NCBI GenBank assembly: GCA_013265495.1
Contig: MU057711.1
Location: 1,054,001-1,118,000, forward strand
Direction: 5' to 3'
DNA from: Vicugna vicugna
Taxonomy: Eukaryota
Length of the DNA: 64,000 bases
Below, in pieces: positions 35,748-48,639 of this stretch (the first letter of the stretch is position 1; each line of letters opens with the position of its first letter). The notes under the pieces were generated by a model, which saw nothing but the letters and a program-made list of their open reading frames with translations, did no database searches and was not told the DNA's origin. The translations under genes and the position numbers were made by a program.

Positions 35748-35840
35748 GGCAGGGAGGGAAATAGCTCAGTGGTAGAACGCATGCTTAGCATGAATGAGGT
35801 CCTGGGTTCAATCCCCAGTACCTCCATTTAAAAAGGTAAT
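35748..35840 (+). mobile_element. tRNA-derived SINE (Vic-1-like)
   Basis: atagctcagtggtagaacgcatgcttagcatgaatgaggtcctgggttcaatccccagtacctcc; TSD aaa(c/t)taactacaa at 35735-35747 / 35841-35853. Confidence 0.9.
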
Positions 35841-36354
35841 AAATTAACTACAAAGAGAGTGTCCATTTCTGTTTCCACTGGATTAGGGGAGCAACAGGGT
35901 AGAGATTTTGGTGGGGGCATCTTTGAAGTCACAAGAAGAAATTTCCTCCATGCTAAGGGTTGGAGGACGGGGAGTACCGTATCCATCCTCTCATTTATCT
36001 AATTGAATGATCCATCCATCAAATCATTGAGCCATCCGTTCATCCAACCATCCTAGCATCTATTCAGTACATATTTAACGAGCACTTCCTGTGTACCAGA
36101 TGCCATGTGTGAATGGTACAGAGAAGAGAGCAACACAGATCACCAGAGCAACAGATCTGGGAACAGAAAGGGCTAATGGTGAATGAGGGAAGGCAGAAGG
36201 GAGAGGGGCTAGGGAGGTGGGTTCATGGTGAGAGGAATTAGGCCAGTGTGTTTTTACATTATCATTTTAGGCTCTTACAGATTCATTCTCCAATTATTTT
36301 ACGTGGACTCTTTGCTGTGTAGAATTTCCATGGCCAAGTGCACTCTTGTTGGAT

Positions 36355-36720
36355 AAATTCCTTTATTCATTTGACAAATGTGTATTGATATAGGGACTGT
36401 GTCAGTCCTCGGGAACACGGTAGTAGATAGAAAAAAGACACGCTCTCTGGCCTCATGGAGTTTACAGTCTGGTGGGAAACAAATACGCATAAATAAATAT
36501 CTATTTATGATTGTAATATGGGCCACAAAGGAAAAGTAAAAGGTACTGAAATGCAAAACAATAATTATGGGGAGACTTTATTTTGATTCTGGGTCAGAGT
36601 AGGCATTCTGAGGAACTGGATGGATGAATAAAGGTTAGCTGGGTGAAAACTGAGGGCAGGAAAGTTCAAGGCAGAGATAACAAATAGCTTGTGTGGTCCT
36701 GGGGTTGGGAATGGAGGACC
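36355..36720 (-). mobile_element. L2 relic
   Basis: ttcatttgacaaatgtgtattg...ctggcctcatggagtttacagtctggtggg. Confidence 0.75.
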
Positions 36721-36939
36721 TTGTCAGCTGGGCAGGGAGGAGTTTAGTTTATAAGAAGAATGGGGTGTCAATGAGGAGTTTAAGAAGGGGCTGCCATGAC
36801 GGCACAGCTTCAGGTGGAAACCTTGACATAGAAACATCCCATGTCTTGGCTGTTTCTGTCCATTTGTGGCTGATGAACTCTCTTCACAGTGTCCAAGGAA
36901 GATGCAGAGTGACAGCTCCAATAATTCATGTGTTTTGGG

Positions 36940-37665
36940 TTTTGCATATTAGCATTTCATCACTTTTGAAATGCTCAATGTGAGAAAGTTGAATTAAAAA
37001 CAGTTTGCATTATTACAAGAAATTTCAACATTCAAAAGAGCCATAAGAGAGGGAGAGAGTATAGCTTACTGGGAGAGGGCATGCCTAGCATACATGAGGT
37101 CATGGGTTCGATCCCCAGTATGTCAGTTAAATAAAAATAACAATAATAAATAAATAAACCCAATTATCCCCCTCAAAACAACAACAACAAAATTTTAAAA
37201 AGCCATAAGATTCTGTGTCATTTCAACAATTTTGGAATTATTGTAAAGTTACTTAAAAAATTTCATCACCACCTGTGCATACATTTTTTTCATGGAGGGC
37301 GAATACCAGGAATTTGAAGAGATTATCATTAACAAGTCTTTATCAAGAATTGTGTGTGGCCATTTCAAGCATAAAATGTAATGCAAAAAAGTTGTATTCA
37401 CCAAAGCAAGCCCCAGTTTCTCCATCAAAACATTAAAAAGGATTTTAAAGGGAGGGTTTGTCAAATTTAATAGTGAATATGTTCACTAAATCTTTGAATA
37501 GTACATAATCTTTGAATATTCTATAACATTAAGAAAATAAAATGATGTTTTCATCAAATCCTATACAGGTATTCCCAATTTCCCTTCAGTGTACCCCAGG
37601 GTGCCACACATATATTAATATTTTCTACATGTGCCAAGATGTGAAAAAGGCAGGAAGTGTCCTAC
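36940..37665. mobile_element. Probable hAT-Charlie relic, interrupted by a SINE
   Basis: AT-rich body with end tgtgccaagatgtgaaaaaggcaggaag resembling Charlie termini. Confidence 0.45.
37049..37200 (+). mobile_element. tRNA-derived SINE (Vic-1-like)
   Basis: gtatagcttactgggagagggcatgcctagcatacatgaggtcatgggttcgatccccag; perfect TSD agccataaga at 37039-37048 / 37201-37210. Confidence 0.9.
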
Positions 37666-37811
37666 TCAACCAACACCAGCACCAGTCTGACTCTTTTTCC
37701 AATCAATTCAAGAAGCAGCTAAGCCCCGCTTACCTGAAGCAGCCTCACAGATCCTCTTTGAATTTCAACATTGTTCCGAGTAGAAAGTTCTCAACCTGTG
37801 AGCTCAGATGA

Positions 37812-38090
37812 TAAGTCAGTCGTAACGGACTAGGTTATGCTGGATAACGAACAACCCCCAAATCTCAAGTTTTATTTTTCTGCTATGGTCCATGCACTTG
37901 CAGTTTGGGGTCTGGGGGAGCTCTGCTCATTGTGGATAAAAGAACTCTGGAAATTCTTGCACTTATGATTAAGTATTCTGACTTCTGCTCAGAGAGTTGC
38001 CCGGAACTATTCACAAGGTCCTATCCAACCACAAGGGGGGCCAGATAGCATCCTCCCAGTGTGTACCCAGACAGTAGGGAGCCAGGGCTA
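37812..38090 (-). mobile_element. MLT1-type LTR relic
   Basis: agtcagtcgtaacggactaggttatgctggataacgaacaacccccaaatctca. Confidence 0.6.
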
Positions 38091-39334
38091 CTAGGGGAGG
38101 AGCACTGTGGACTACCGCAGGTGGTTCCTTTGAGGTGGTCCTGGTGATGGCTACTGTCAGCTTTGTCCACTCTGCCTGTTGCTGATGCCCCTTCCACAAT
38201 TGTCCAAGACTGGCTCAATGGATCACAGGTTTTCCCTTCTCTAGGGCACTTAGGGAATGATGTGTTCCTCTCAACTGCCCATGAAACGACTCCTTCTAGT
38301 GGGATCTGCAACTGGGGCCTTGAGCCTCTAAGTTGGAAAGTGAGCTCTGGGCTTTGAGATCAGGAGTGGCTGACGTGTATGGGATGAGGATGGTGGGTGG
38401 CAGTACTCCCTGCCGTCCACCCAGCCTTGGCAGACATGATAGAGTTGGAAGTGACGAGTCCATCTGTGCCCATAAGGAGCAAGCTTTGGGGCCTCACGCC
38501 AGGAAGGAAACACTGCCTCTCACTCAGACTCTGTTTTGCACATATAAATGCACCCCCGGCCTACACGAGAAGATGCTCCTGCTCAATGTGAGCCTCAGTC
38601 TGAAACCTGCTCCTGTGGGACCCTGGACGCCTGCAGCTCTCCAGGTGCCCAAAGCGGGCTGGCTGTTCTTCTTCCTACCAGTAGGGGTCATCATGTCCCT
38701 TTTGTAATTCTTTGGAGACTTGAGCTGATACCTTCACAGGCTTAACTATATATTTCCTTTTTTGTTTATGGCATTAATCTTGAGGTTAGGGTGGGCCTGT
38801 GGTGAGCAATAATGCATTTAACTTTTGACTTTGTGCACTAAGATGTAATTGATCATTTGTGGTCTCATTTCCAGGAGCTAGGAGCCTCAGTTCAGTTTAA
38901 GATAAATGAAGACAGAGGGGGACACTCGATTTTAGTGATGTGTTGAAGAGAGCAAACGATAGATCTGACTGACTTATTTTATGAACTCCACTCTCTCTCT
39001 CATCTTTGTTTAAAAGCAAAAAAAAAATTTTCACTAAGTGGTTTGTTATTTAACATTTTACAACCGTAGTCGGATCCTGGTGAGGTTAATTTCCCTTTGA
39101 ATGCACATTAGCATCTAGTTGGTAAATAAACTTGAGGCATTTCTGCATTGGGCATAAAATAAAGATGGAAACGCTGAATTCTAAACCAAATGGTAGCATG
39201 GAATTAGAGGTTCGACACAATGCATGCTGTGTTGTTCCTTTGATTATAATCTCATTGCTGTTTATGTCTGGATTGCTAAACAGTTACCCAGTGTGTTTTA
39301 ATTGGAGCATAAAGGACCATTTCTGGTGAATTAA

Positions 39335-39570
39335 CAATAACTGTGACTATTTACTGGAAACTCTCTATGTCTCAGGCACACTAGCTACTGACATACTATT
39401 TTTTTTTTTAATATTCCCAGTGTTGAAGAGTAGGTATCACTAGATTTGATAGACAAAGAACGTGAGGGAAAGAGAGGTTAAGGACGGAAAGAGAAGATGA
39501 CAAAACTAATAAGGGGGTAGAACCAGAGTTCAAATCCAGGTCTCAGGCTCACAAGGCCCCTGGTCTTACC
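39335..39570 (-). mobile_element. MIR SINE relic
   Basis: ctatgtctcaggcac...gagggaaagagaggttaag...agttcaaatccaggtct. Confidence 0.65.
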
Positions 39571-40987
39571 ACAATACCACCCTGAGCTCTAAATACTTGC
39601 ATGAATGCTTGCCTTTCTATCCTTTTTAAATTTTGGCTTGTTTTTCTAATTTCCCAGTTTAAGGCTCTAGATGTGTGAAATTTTCAATTCCCTAATGTGT
39701 GTCCGGACTTTAATTTGGCCTGAGATGTAAAGAACATCCCTGGAGTAGTCCAGTTAGTAGCTTGCTCCCCATAAGAGGGAAAAGGTATGTGCTGGTATAT
39801 TTTTTATCTTCTCAATGAACGCAGCAGCTGTTCGAATTCTGCAGGGATTTGGTTTCTTCTGTCCATGGGGCATTCTCCCTTCATCTTTGAATGATAAAAC
39901 TGGCTATTGAAAAAGAACCTGGGTCCAGCATGGTTTATTCCCCGAGCAGCCAGCCTGCATCAGGCTATGGATGGGTCTCCAGTTAGTGCCCTTGACTGGA
40001 GCACCCCGATTCTGAAGACGAATCTGTGGGCAGGTTCTGTAGATTTAATGACTGCATGAGGCTCTCTGCAGGGCCATCCCTGGTGTCCGAGGATGACCCT
40101 GGTCTCTGGCCAGGCAGAAGCCATCTCTGTTAACTCCTGCTCTTCTGTTTAGTAGGAAGAGTGGGTCAGAGGACTCCCATCCTTCCATAGTTAATACTTT
40201 CCCCATCTCAGAGAATAGCCTGCCCACTTGCCCTTCCTCTGATGCTAATTCTAGGTCCAGACATTTAGGTTTTGTATCCAACTGCGCCCTCAGAGTGATG
40301 CAAGATGTCATTTTTTCCTACCTTCCTGCCCCTTGCACACTGATGTCCCAGGAGCTTCTCTGTTTTTATTGAAACTCCAGAATATAAGATTCCACAATCT
40401 TCTATAACACCATATTTGATTATTAAATTTTGTTAAATATTTGTCTTTTCTTACAGCTAACTTAAATAGTGCATGCTGTAATGTCAAATCATTTCCCATT
40501 ACATCCTTGGACAAAAATCTGAAGAAACTTACTGATACTCACTGGGGCATGAATCTACCAGATACTTTAATAACAATCAAGAAATACAAGGTCCTTAAGT
40601 GTATAAGGTGCCTTCCAGGCCCCACAAAGTAGGCTTTTAGCAAGGAGTAAACTGAGGCTCAGAGAAGTTAGAGGATTTGCCTAGGTCACGCAGCTGGGCA
40701 CTTGAGCTAGACACGAGGTTGGAAAGACCTGGGAAAGAGAACAGAGACAGAATCAGATCAAAATCCATACTCTGCTAAGGAAATAGAGGGAGTGAGCAGG
40801 GTCCTGTTGAGTGATGCTTGGGAGAGCTTTTCTCATCTCTTAATGGAAAATTAGTCTCTAGGGTCCTGCTCCAATATCAAGAAGCATTCCTTCATACTCC
40901 TGTAGATGGAGCAGTTGCTGCTAGTTTCTGTGCCATTGGATCCATAAGGACCATTCTTAGGGTGACAATTAGTGTGCTATTGTCTGT

Positions 40988-41059
40988 TGTATTAACCAGA
41001 GTTCCCTAGGGAAATATATATATACACACATATTTATTTAGAGAAATATATATACACAT

Positions 41060-41094
<35 letters not shown>

Positions 41095-41437
41095 TTGGAA
41101 TCGGTTCACATGATTATGGAATCTTGTCAAGTCCAAGATCTGATGAGGTAGGCTGAAATTCTGGAGTCTTAAGGAAGAGTTGTAATTTGAGTCCAAAAGC
41201 CTTCTGCTGGCAGAATTCTTTTTTGCCCAAGAAAAGGTCAGTCTTTGTTCTATTCAGGCCTTCAACTGATTGGATGAGGGCCACCCACATTTCACAATCT
41301 GCTTTACTCAAAGTCCACTGATTTAACTGTTAATCTTATCCAAAAAAACACCATCACAGAAACATCCAGAATAATGTTTGACCAAATATCTGGGTACCAT
41401 GGCCCAGCCACGCTGACATATATAATTAGCAATCACA
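40988..41437 (-). mobile_element. MLT2-type (ERVL) solo LTR with internal (TA)/(TTTA)n
   Basis: TG...CA termini; ggccttcaactgattggatgagggccacccac, cagaataatgtttgaccaaatatctgggtaccatggcccagcc. Confidence 0.85.
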
Positions 41438-41899
41438 TCCCGGTTCCAGGGTCTGTCTTAACTGCTGGGCTGTGGGATCCCCCAGGGCAGGCACTGTCTT
41501 ATGTTTCTCTCCAGTCCTCACTCAAAGATGAACATGCAGCAGGTACTCAGAAAATGCATTTTGATTTGAAAAACATAAACAAAACCCCCAAAGAGCTTTC
41601 AAAAATAGTATCCAATTTTATTCCTACCACACTTCTCTGGGATGGGCATACCTGTCCCCACTTTCCATAGTAGGAAACAGAGACTTATGAAAGTATGCCC
41701 AGGATCGTAAAACTGGTAGGTGGCTGGACCTGGGCCTCAATTGTGGTTCTTCTGCTTTCTGCTTTTGCAAAGCCCTTTTGTTTGATCTGAATGTCAGGGG
41801 AGGTGTTCTGGGGCATGCAGAATCAGAAATGGTTATTCAAAGTCTAATCCAACTACCACCAGCAAGAATGAGTACTTTATTGAAGTCTACCATTTGCCT

Positions 41900-42970
41900 G
41901 TGCACATCAGTCAGTTATTTACTGAACGGCTGTTAGGTACCGAGCCCTGACTGGAGGTGGGCAGTGGATCTATCCTCTGTCCCTCCAGTCCTCCATCTTT
42001 CTCTCCCTCCCTTCAGCTGCTACTTACTGAACATGTACTATGTACCAGGCACCAGGGCAGGTGCTGGGAACACAAGGATGGTTTAGACCTTGTTCTGCTC
42101 TCAAGGTGCTCACATTTGAGGGGGAACCCAGACATGTTACCCACCAGCCACAAGGGCTCAACTGCAGCATGCATCTCTAGCAATAGGGCAGCCTGTGAGC
42201 GTCACAGTGCCTGGGACCCCAGCAGTGACTCAGCACCAGCAGAAATGCCCTCACACCTGAGGGGCCGGCCGCCTGTGGGCAGTGAGACTGGCCCCTGGGC
42301 TTCTCAGGTGTGTCATAGGCATATCCTTTATTTGAGGCTGAAAAAGACCACCTACTTTTGCCTAGGACAGCATTGCCCCCTTGACTGCCTGGTCTCTTGG
42401 TCGTTTTTGTCATCATTATTATCAATTATTATATGAACATTTATCATCAAATATTCAGAGTCGTCCAGTTGTAGCAGATTATCTAGAGCTTCCATTTCCT
42501 TCCATCTTCCCTTCTCAGGTCTTAACACCAAAGCCGCACAAGAGACAGCTGTCTAATCACTCTCCATCAGCCCTCTTGTCAGCGTTTCTTCCTCGTGGGC
42601 AGCTCCCCCTGCAAAGCCTGCTGGTGGGAAGACAGCTTTCATCCAGTGGGCCTTGGGGGACCTCAGAGCCTTCTCACTTACTCTTCCATATGCTTGGAAC
42701 ACTCTCCATGTGGTTCCTCCTCATCCTTTCATGTTCTCACTCACATGCCACATCTGTGGAAAGATTGTCCCTGACCTCCTCCCCACCCCCAACATTGCTA
42801 TCTGAAGTAGCTAATTCCCAGTTGCTTCTGTCTCTAATTATCTGGTTTGTTTCATTGTTGGCTGCCTCCCTCACTAGAATGCAAGCTCCCTAAGGCTTTA
42901 CCTGTTGTATTCAGACTAGTACAGGGCCTTGCATGTTACAAATGTTCAACTGACATTTATTGAATGGATG
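41900..42970. mobile_element. L2 relics (41900-42130 -, 42640-42970 +)
   Basis: ttactgaacatgtactatgtaccaggcac; ctccctcactagaatgcaagctcc...acatttattgaatgg. Confidence 0.65.
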
Positions 42971-43404
42971 CAAGAAACTTTGGAGCCATATATCCTGTCT
43001 CTGCACAGCCTCGGACCCCTCTCCCTGCAGGAACAGCCCCAGTGACAGGGAACTCATACCTCCCACTCCTCTTTTAGGTGTTCTGATTTGGGGCTGACAG
43101 CATACCCCTGGTAGACAGCAGAACCTAGAGTTGAGGTTGCTCTGCCAAACCATTTATTCTGAACTCTTCCAGCACTTGCCTTATGGGCTGCCTGGTGATG
43201 TCCCATTGCTGCTTCCTGCCCTTGTTTCCAGGCAGACTGTGGGCTTCTCAAGGGCTTGATATGCTCTTTCACATCCCTGACAGCACTATAGACTCAGGAA
43301 ATACCTGTGGGGTATCCAAGCACGATTGTTTTAAAGCTTATAACCATCTAGATTCAGATACAGCCAAACATCTCTCTGATCATCTCAGCTGAGGTGATGG
43401 GCTC

Positions 43405-43560
43405 CCAGTAGTATAGCAGAGTGGACAGGGCTTTGATCCTGGGAATCAGTCAGTCTGGGTTTGAGTTCCGGTTCTGCTACGGTGACCTCAGGAAAGTCAC
43501 TTAACTTACCTGAGATTCAATTCCTCACCTATAAAATGGGAATAATTATAGTCCCCACTG
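43405..43560 (+). mobile_element. MIR SINE relic
   Basis: ctgggtttgagttccggttctgc...aagtcacttaacttacctgagattcaattcctcacctataaaatgggaataat. Confidence 0.8.
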
Positions 43561-45109
43561 CCCAGAGGCCATGGATACAGGAGGCTATCCAGGGCACGTC
43601 TGGAGAGCCAGAGGATGAGGAAGACTTGCTGTCAAGATGCTGCCTCATTACACGTGCTTGCTGAACATCGTGGCTTGTTGGGAGCAGGCAGAATCTTGCT
43701 GCTTGTGAGTGCAACAGAGAAAGGAACAATAAGAGTACAGTAAAAATCACAGTTGGGACTGTGGAGGGCTGCTCTGCTTCACTGGGTCATATAGCTTTTG
43801 GGGCATGCAATCACAGCCTTGGAGCTTCGGGCAAAAGTAGACTGTGCTAAGCTACCTGCTCCATTTAAAAGATAGTGACATCTATATGAATCTTAGAAAG
43901 GTTTCCATCAGGAATGATTAAAATCAAAATGCGTCTATACATTCATAGTCACATAAATTGGCGTGTAAACAGTGAAACCTCTAAATCTACTAGGTTATGA
44001 AATCTTTGAGGGTAGCATTAATGGAAGTTTCATTCTGGAAATTCTGATGCCTGCAAGGCACCAGACACAGCACAGGAACTTAGGAAACATTGCTTGATTG
44101 AATAAATGAACCTAGAATTTGGTATTTGAGAGGCAAGGCATTCCTGTCCCCTCCATAGCCATGGCAGCAGCTAGCCAAGGTTGGGAGGGTTCAACTTTGC
44201 AGAAGGATCAGCTGAATCAGATAGAGGATGGGCTGGGTGCCCGATCAGGCTAGAGAGCAAGAAGTGTTATCCTCTTCATGCACAGAACCTGAGGGAAAGC
44301 AGGGTAGCGGAAGAGAAGCCGTTTAGAACCCTGGAACTGGGAAGGACCTACAGAGATCAGTGGTACCAGCCCTTCCTTTAGCACATGGAAATCTGACATG
44401 CCCAATTCTCGTTGAAGGTCTCCAAGGAAGAGGGGAGGGCACCATTTCCCTCCTTTTCCTTTTAAAAGATACATTTCCCTGGTGACTCTTTCTTAGGACT
44501 GATCACAGTCTCTTGCTTCATTGAGAGTTCACAGCTCATTCTTTGGGCCCCTAGGAGAATGTAAAGGAGAGCTCAGCACCCTCGAATACTGCATTGACCT
44601 CATTCACCACAATGCCTTTTAAAATAATTGAAGCTGGGTATGATGCCCAAGGTGGGCCTTCCTAATGAAGAAGGTTTAACTGGACAGGAAAAATCATGGT
44701 ATTCTGGGAGCTCAACCACCAATCTTTACTAGTCTGACTCAATTGAAGTTCTCAGTTCTAAGTGGCCAAGTTGAAATAACCAAATGCTCTAAAGGTGGGC
44801 AGAACACAGCATGTGGCTCCCAACACAGCGAGCCCCACTGGCTTGGGAAGATGAGCAGATATCTTGACACCTGGGAAGCTCCAGGGTATCTGGGGATTAA
44901 AAGGACCTCAGTTCTAGGGGATACTGTGAACAGTAAGGCTTTCTGGGAAAACTATGTGGGTGATTGGTTTGAACTCAGAAGAGTGATTAAAGGAGGACTC
45001 CAAAACAAATAGCGATAATTGCAACCAGTCATTAAACTTTAATGATAAAAATAGCTTTTTGGTTTATTTATTTTCCTTTATGAAAGATAGCATGTTTTTA
45101 GTTCTTTCA

Positions 45110-45295
45110 TTCCCCTAGCTTTATTGAGCTGTGATGGACAAATAAAAATTGTATATATTTAAGTTGTGCAAAGTGATTTTTTAAAATGATTTACAACGTA
45201 ATGATTCAATGTATGTGTACGTTGTGAAATGGGAGATGATTACCCCTATCAAGTTAACTAACACATTCATCACCTCACACAGTAGCTTTTTGTTT
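45110..45295 (-). mobile_element. L1MA-type 3' tip
   Basis: agctttattgagctgtgatggacaaataaaaattgtatatatttaag...atcaagttaactaacacattcatcacctcac. Confidence 0.8.
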
Positions 45296-45466
45296 TAAAA
45301 GCACTTGCATATACAAGATACCCTGCTAACTCCTTTATACATATTATCTCATTTGCCCCTCACACCAATCTATGAATTAGGCCCCATTGTTACACCTGTT
45401 TTACAAGTAAGGAGACTGAGATACATAGTGTAATAAACTCATCAGGCATTCTGTTAAAGACCATGC

Positions 45467-45707
45467 CAGTGGCTGTCAACTGGCAGTGATTTCACAACCC
45501 CCAGAGTGAACTTGACAGTGTCTGGAGACATTTTTGGTTGTCACATGATGCTGAGGGGCACCGAGGCATTGCTACTGGCGTCTAGTGGCTAGAGACCAGG
45601 GATGCTGATACACATCCTACAGTGTATAGGACAGCGTGCCCATTCTCCACCATAACAAAGAATTACCTGGCTTAAAATGTCAACAGTGCCCAGGTTGAGA
45701 AACCCTG
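45467..45707 (+). mobile_element. MER20 (hAT-Charlie)
   Basis: cagtggctgtcaactgg...tgtctggagacatttttggttgtcac...aaatgtcaacagtgcccaggttgagaaaccctg; MIR pieces on both sides. Confidence 0.9.
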
Positions 45708-46511
45708 CTCTGTAGAAGGGATCTACTTTAATCTTTACAGCAACCCTGATGAGAAAATGGAGGCTCACCGAGAAGAAGACATTTGCCCAAGGTCTCACAT
45801 TGAGTGAGTGGCAGGGCTGGAGGCTGAAGCTACACGTGTCTAGCTTTCAAGCCAGGGCTCTTAACCACATAGGTGGCTATCTCCAAAAGAGTTGGTACAC
45901 AACATTTCAGGGATGGAGAAGAGGCTTGGGCTTGGGGAGTCGGACACTGGAGTCCTCTTGTCAAGATGTGGATGTCACAGTGGGTGAGCTGCAATTCGGG
46001 GTCTATCGTGGGAGCTCAGTGGTGAGCATTGTGGAACTGTGTTCCTGCTTGAGACCAAGGGGAGGGCATGCCAGCACTAAACACCTTCTGATGGGAGGAG
46101 GACAACCCATAAGGAAATAGGAATTGATTTTGGTTGAAATTCATTGACCCTTTCTGTGTCTACTGACCATTCACTCTGTGCCTGATTCTGGTGATGTGAT
46201 GGCAAAGGAGACAGTCCAGTTTCCTGCCCCCAGGGGACATATATTCAAGTGGGGAGATGAACAGTATGCGAACGAATAAACAGACTAGATTGTGGTGATC
46301 CCCTTGGGGAAAATTAATAGGTGCTGTGATGAAGAATCATGAGTTGGTGGATAAAATACACAAGGAGTCAGGGAGGCCTCCCTGAGGTGGGAGCATGTAA
46401 ACCATATGAAAGCTGGGAAGGAAAACAATTTCAGGCAGTGGAAAGCAAGGATAGAGGTCACGTGGTAGGAGTATGCTCAGTGTGTTCTAGCAACAGATGG
46501 GGGATCATTTA

Positions 46512-46760
46512 CAGGGCTCTTCAAAGTGCCGGTCTCTGACCCTGTGCCAGGCCACGGCATGGGAAGGAGCTCGCGCCAGAGTGCAGAGTAATGCACTATT
46601 TTTGTCAGTGAGAGAGTCTCGCTATGAAGAAAATGTCAGTGGAACCCAGCAGTGTGTGCCATGATGCCGTTGGTCAACATTCTGGCCCAAGCTCCTCATC
46701 ACAGACTGGCTACATTTTGTGGATGTCACTGGTCTGGGGACCACACAGTGAGTAGTCCTG
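46512..46760 (+). mobile_element. Non-autonomous hAT-Charlie element with a transposase trace
   Basis: Imperfect TIRs cagggctcttcaaagtgccggtc / gaccacacagtgagtagtcctg; 46594-46653 translates HYFCQ*ESLAMKKMSVEPSS, resembling the hAT CxxH region. Confidence 0.7.
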
Positions 46761-46774
46761 AAGAAACAGAGACC

Positions 46775-47158
46775 AATGGCATGTCAGCCAGACCCCTCAG
46801 TCTATCCAGGCAGGCATGGCCCTGTGTCTTCTTGATAAAGAGCGTTCCCAGCCCTGAATGGATACCAGCATACCTGGAATCAATGCTCCCAGAATGATGC
46901 TTAACAGTGAGGGACAGGACATGGTGGATAAACTCCCCAGCCTTCTCACTCCATGTGGGGACCACTTTGAGGCATGTCTGCACAGTGTGTCCCCAGGAGA
47001 GCTGAGCCCCTGTTGTCCACAAAAGTAATCTGCTCATTGATGTCCCTGTTAACACTTTTTCCATTCCCTCACACTTCTAGGATCACCTCTCAAATTATCT
47101 CCTTGAACCCAAATCCTTGTCTCAAGGTCTGCTCCTGGGAGAACTCCAACAGAGAGCA
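46775..47158 (+). mobile_element. LTR16-like (ERVL) LTR
   Basis: ataaactccccagccttctcac...ggatcacctctcaaatta...acccaaatccttgtctcaaggtctgctcctgggagaac. Confidence 0.75.
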
Positions 47159-48639
47159 TGGCTGGACTGGAACATACGTGGGCAAATGGCAGCTGGGAAG
47201 GTCAGGCAGCTGAGCGGGGCCAGATCACACAGGGCCTTGTTGATCATGGTAAGAAACTTGGACTTTATTCTAAGTGTGTGGGGGAACCACCGAAGAGCTT
47301 AAGCAGGAGATGGATAGGATGTGATCCAGTGTGTAATTTAAAAAACTCCTCAGGCTGATTTGTGGCATGGGTTGGGCAGGAGAAGAAGCAGGGGACCAGT
47401 TAGAAGCTGTTTGCAGCAGTGCAGGGAGGAGCTGATGGTGGCTGGGGGTGGTGGGACAGATGGAGGCACATACATAGATCTGAGATATATTTGGGAAGAT
47501 AAGCCAATAGAACTTGATGGTGGATGCACCATGGAGGGCAGAGAGAAGGAGGGGGGTCAAGGATGATGCCTTGAGTTCTTGATTCCCAGTGTGGATTGAG
47601 GGAGCTGTGTGGTATTCTGCCATGAAAGGCACTCAGGAAGTCAGTGATTAGGAACAGCTTCCCTGCTTTGAGAGTGCCCCACAGTCAACGAAGCTAGCTG
47701 ATTCAGGAATCCACTGCAGGCAGTGAATAAATATGAACTGTGTGTATCTGGGTAGAAGCTCTGAGAGAAGATTAAAACCACTATTACAGCCACAAGGAGA
47801 AGCCGTTCCCTCTATTTCACCAAGCATGGGAGCATTAAACTTAACAGGCTAAAAAATGCAGTGTAAGACCAGCCCAGTGACCGCGATGGCTGATGACGAG
47901 CTCATGCTGAGAGGATGTCCTCAAAGTGTAACAAGAGACATGGGAGAGGTGTGGTAGGGACCTTGGACCAAGGCCCTGAGCTTCAAGAGCCAGGGGCTGC
48001 CAATCCACTACCCTTAAGTTCAGAAGGCTACCTGAAAGGCACGTGTACGTTTCCCTAGGTCAAACTACAAAGGGAGGGAGTAGAGACCTGGGGTCACGTT
48101 TTATTCAGCGTGTGACCTCTCCTGAGAAGGGATATCTGAGCAACACACCAACCAGTGATACCCATATTCTAACAAACAGACCAAGACTTAGTGTTGTGGA
48201 GGGTTTCGACAGGAAGAAGTCTCCTTGGAAGACCCTAGGATTATAGACTTTCACAGTCAGAGAGGTGCAAAGTTGGCACAGGCTGCCCCAAAGTGGAGTG
48301 AGCATCTGGCTGCTGGATTAGATGAGTATTTGATGGCATTTTAAGAAGGGTTCTGATGGGGAATGTCTGATTCTGGTCCTGAAATTCAAACTGCCTCAGT
48401 ATTCCCAGTGGATGAGGCTTACAAGGAAACCAGTTTCTATACTTCCTGTAGTACTTGGGATTAAGCACAATTATGGTATCTGGATTTTATGTCTTGCTTT
48501 TTGCACCAGACTGCTGTCCATCTTTCTGCCTGTCTGTCTATCTATCTACCTATCTATCTATCTTTCATCAAGTGATGTTCAATTTGTACCAAAACCAAAA
48601 TCTCTTTTCATCATAAAGTCTACCCTCCAGTGAACATAG

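Larger units (their letters stand above)
46130..47630 (-). mobile_element. L2 relic (46130-46500 and 47200-47630) split by a hAT element and an LTR
   Basis: gtcagggaggcctccctgaggtgg...; resumes ggggccagatcacacagggccttg...ggactttattctaagtg. Confidence 0.8.

Noticed and set aside
35748..35840. tRNA gene (also the similar copies at 31344, 33016, 37049, 60172)
   Set aside because: A and B boxes are present, but the copies have A-tails, TSDs and mutual divergence, so they are SINEs.
41957..42893. 159-aa and 170-aa ORFs
   Set aside because: They overlap L2 relics, have non-ATG starts and show no protein-like homology.
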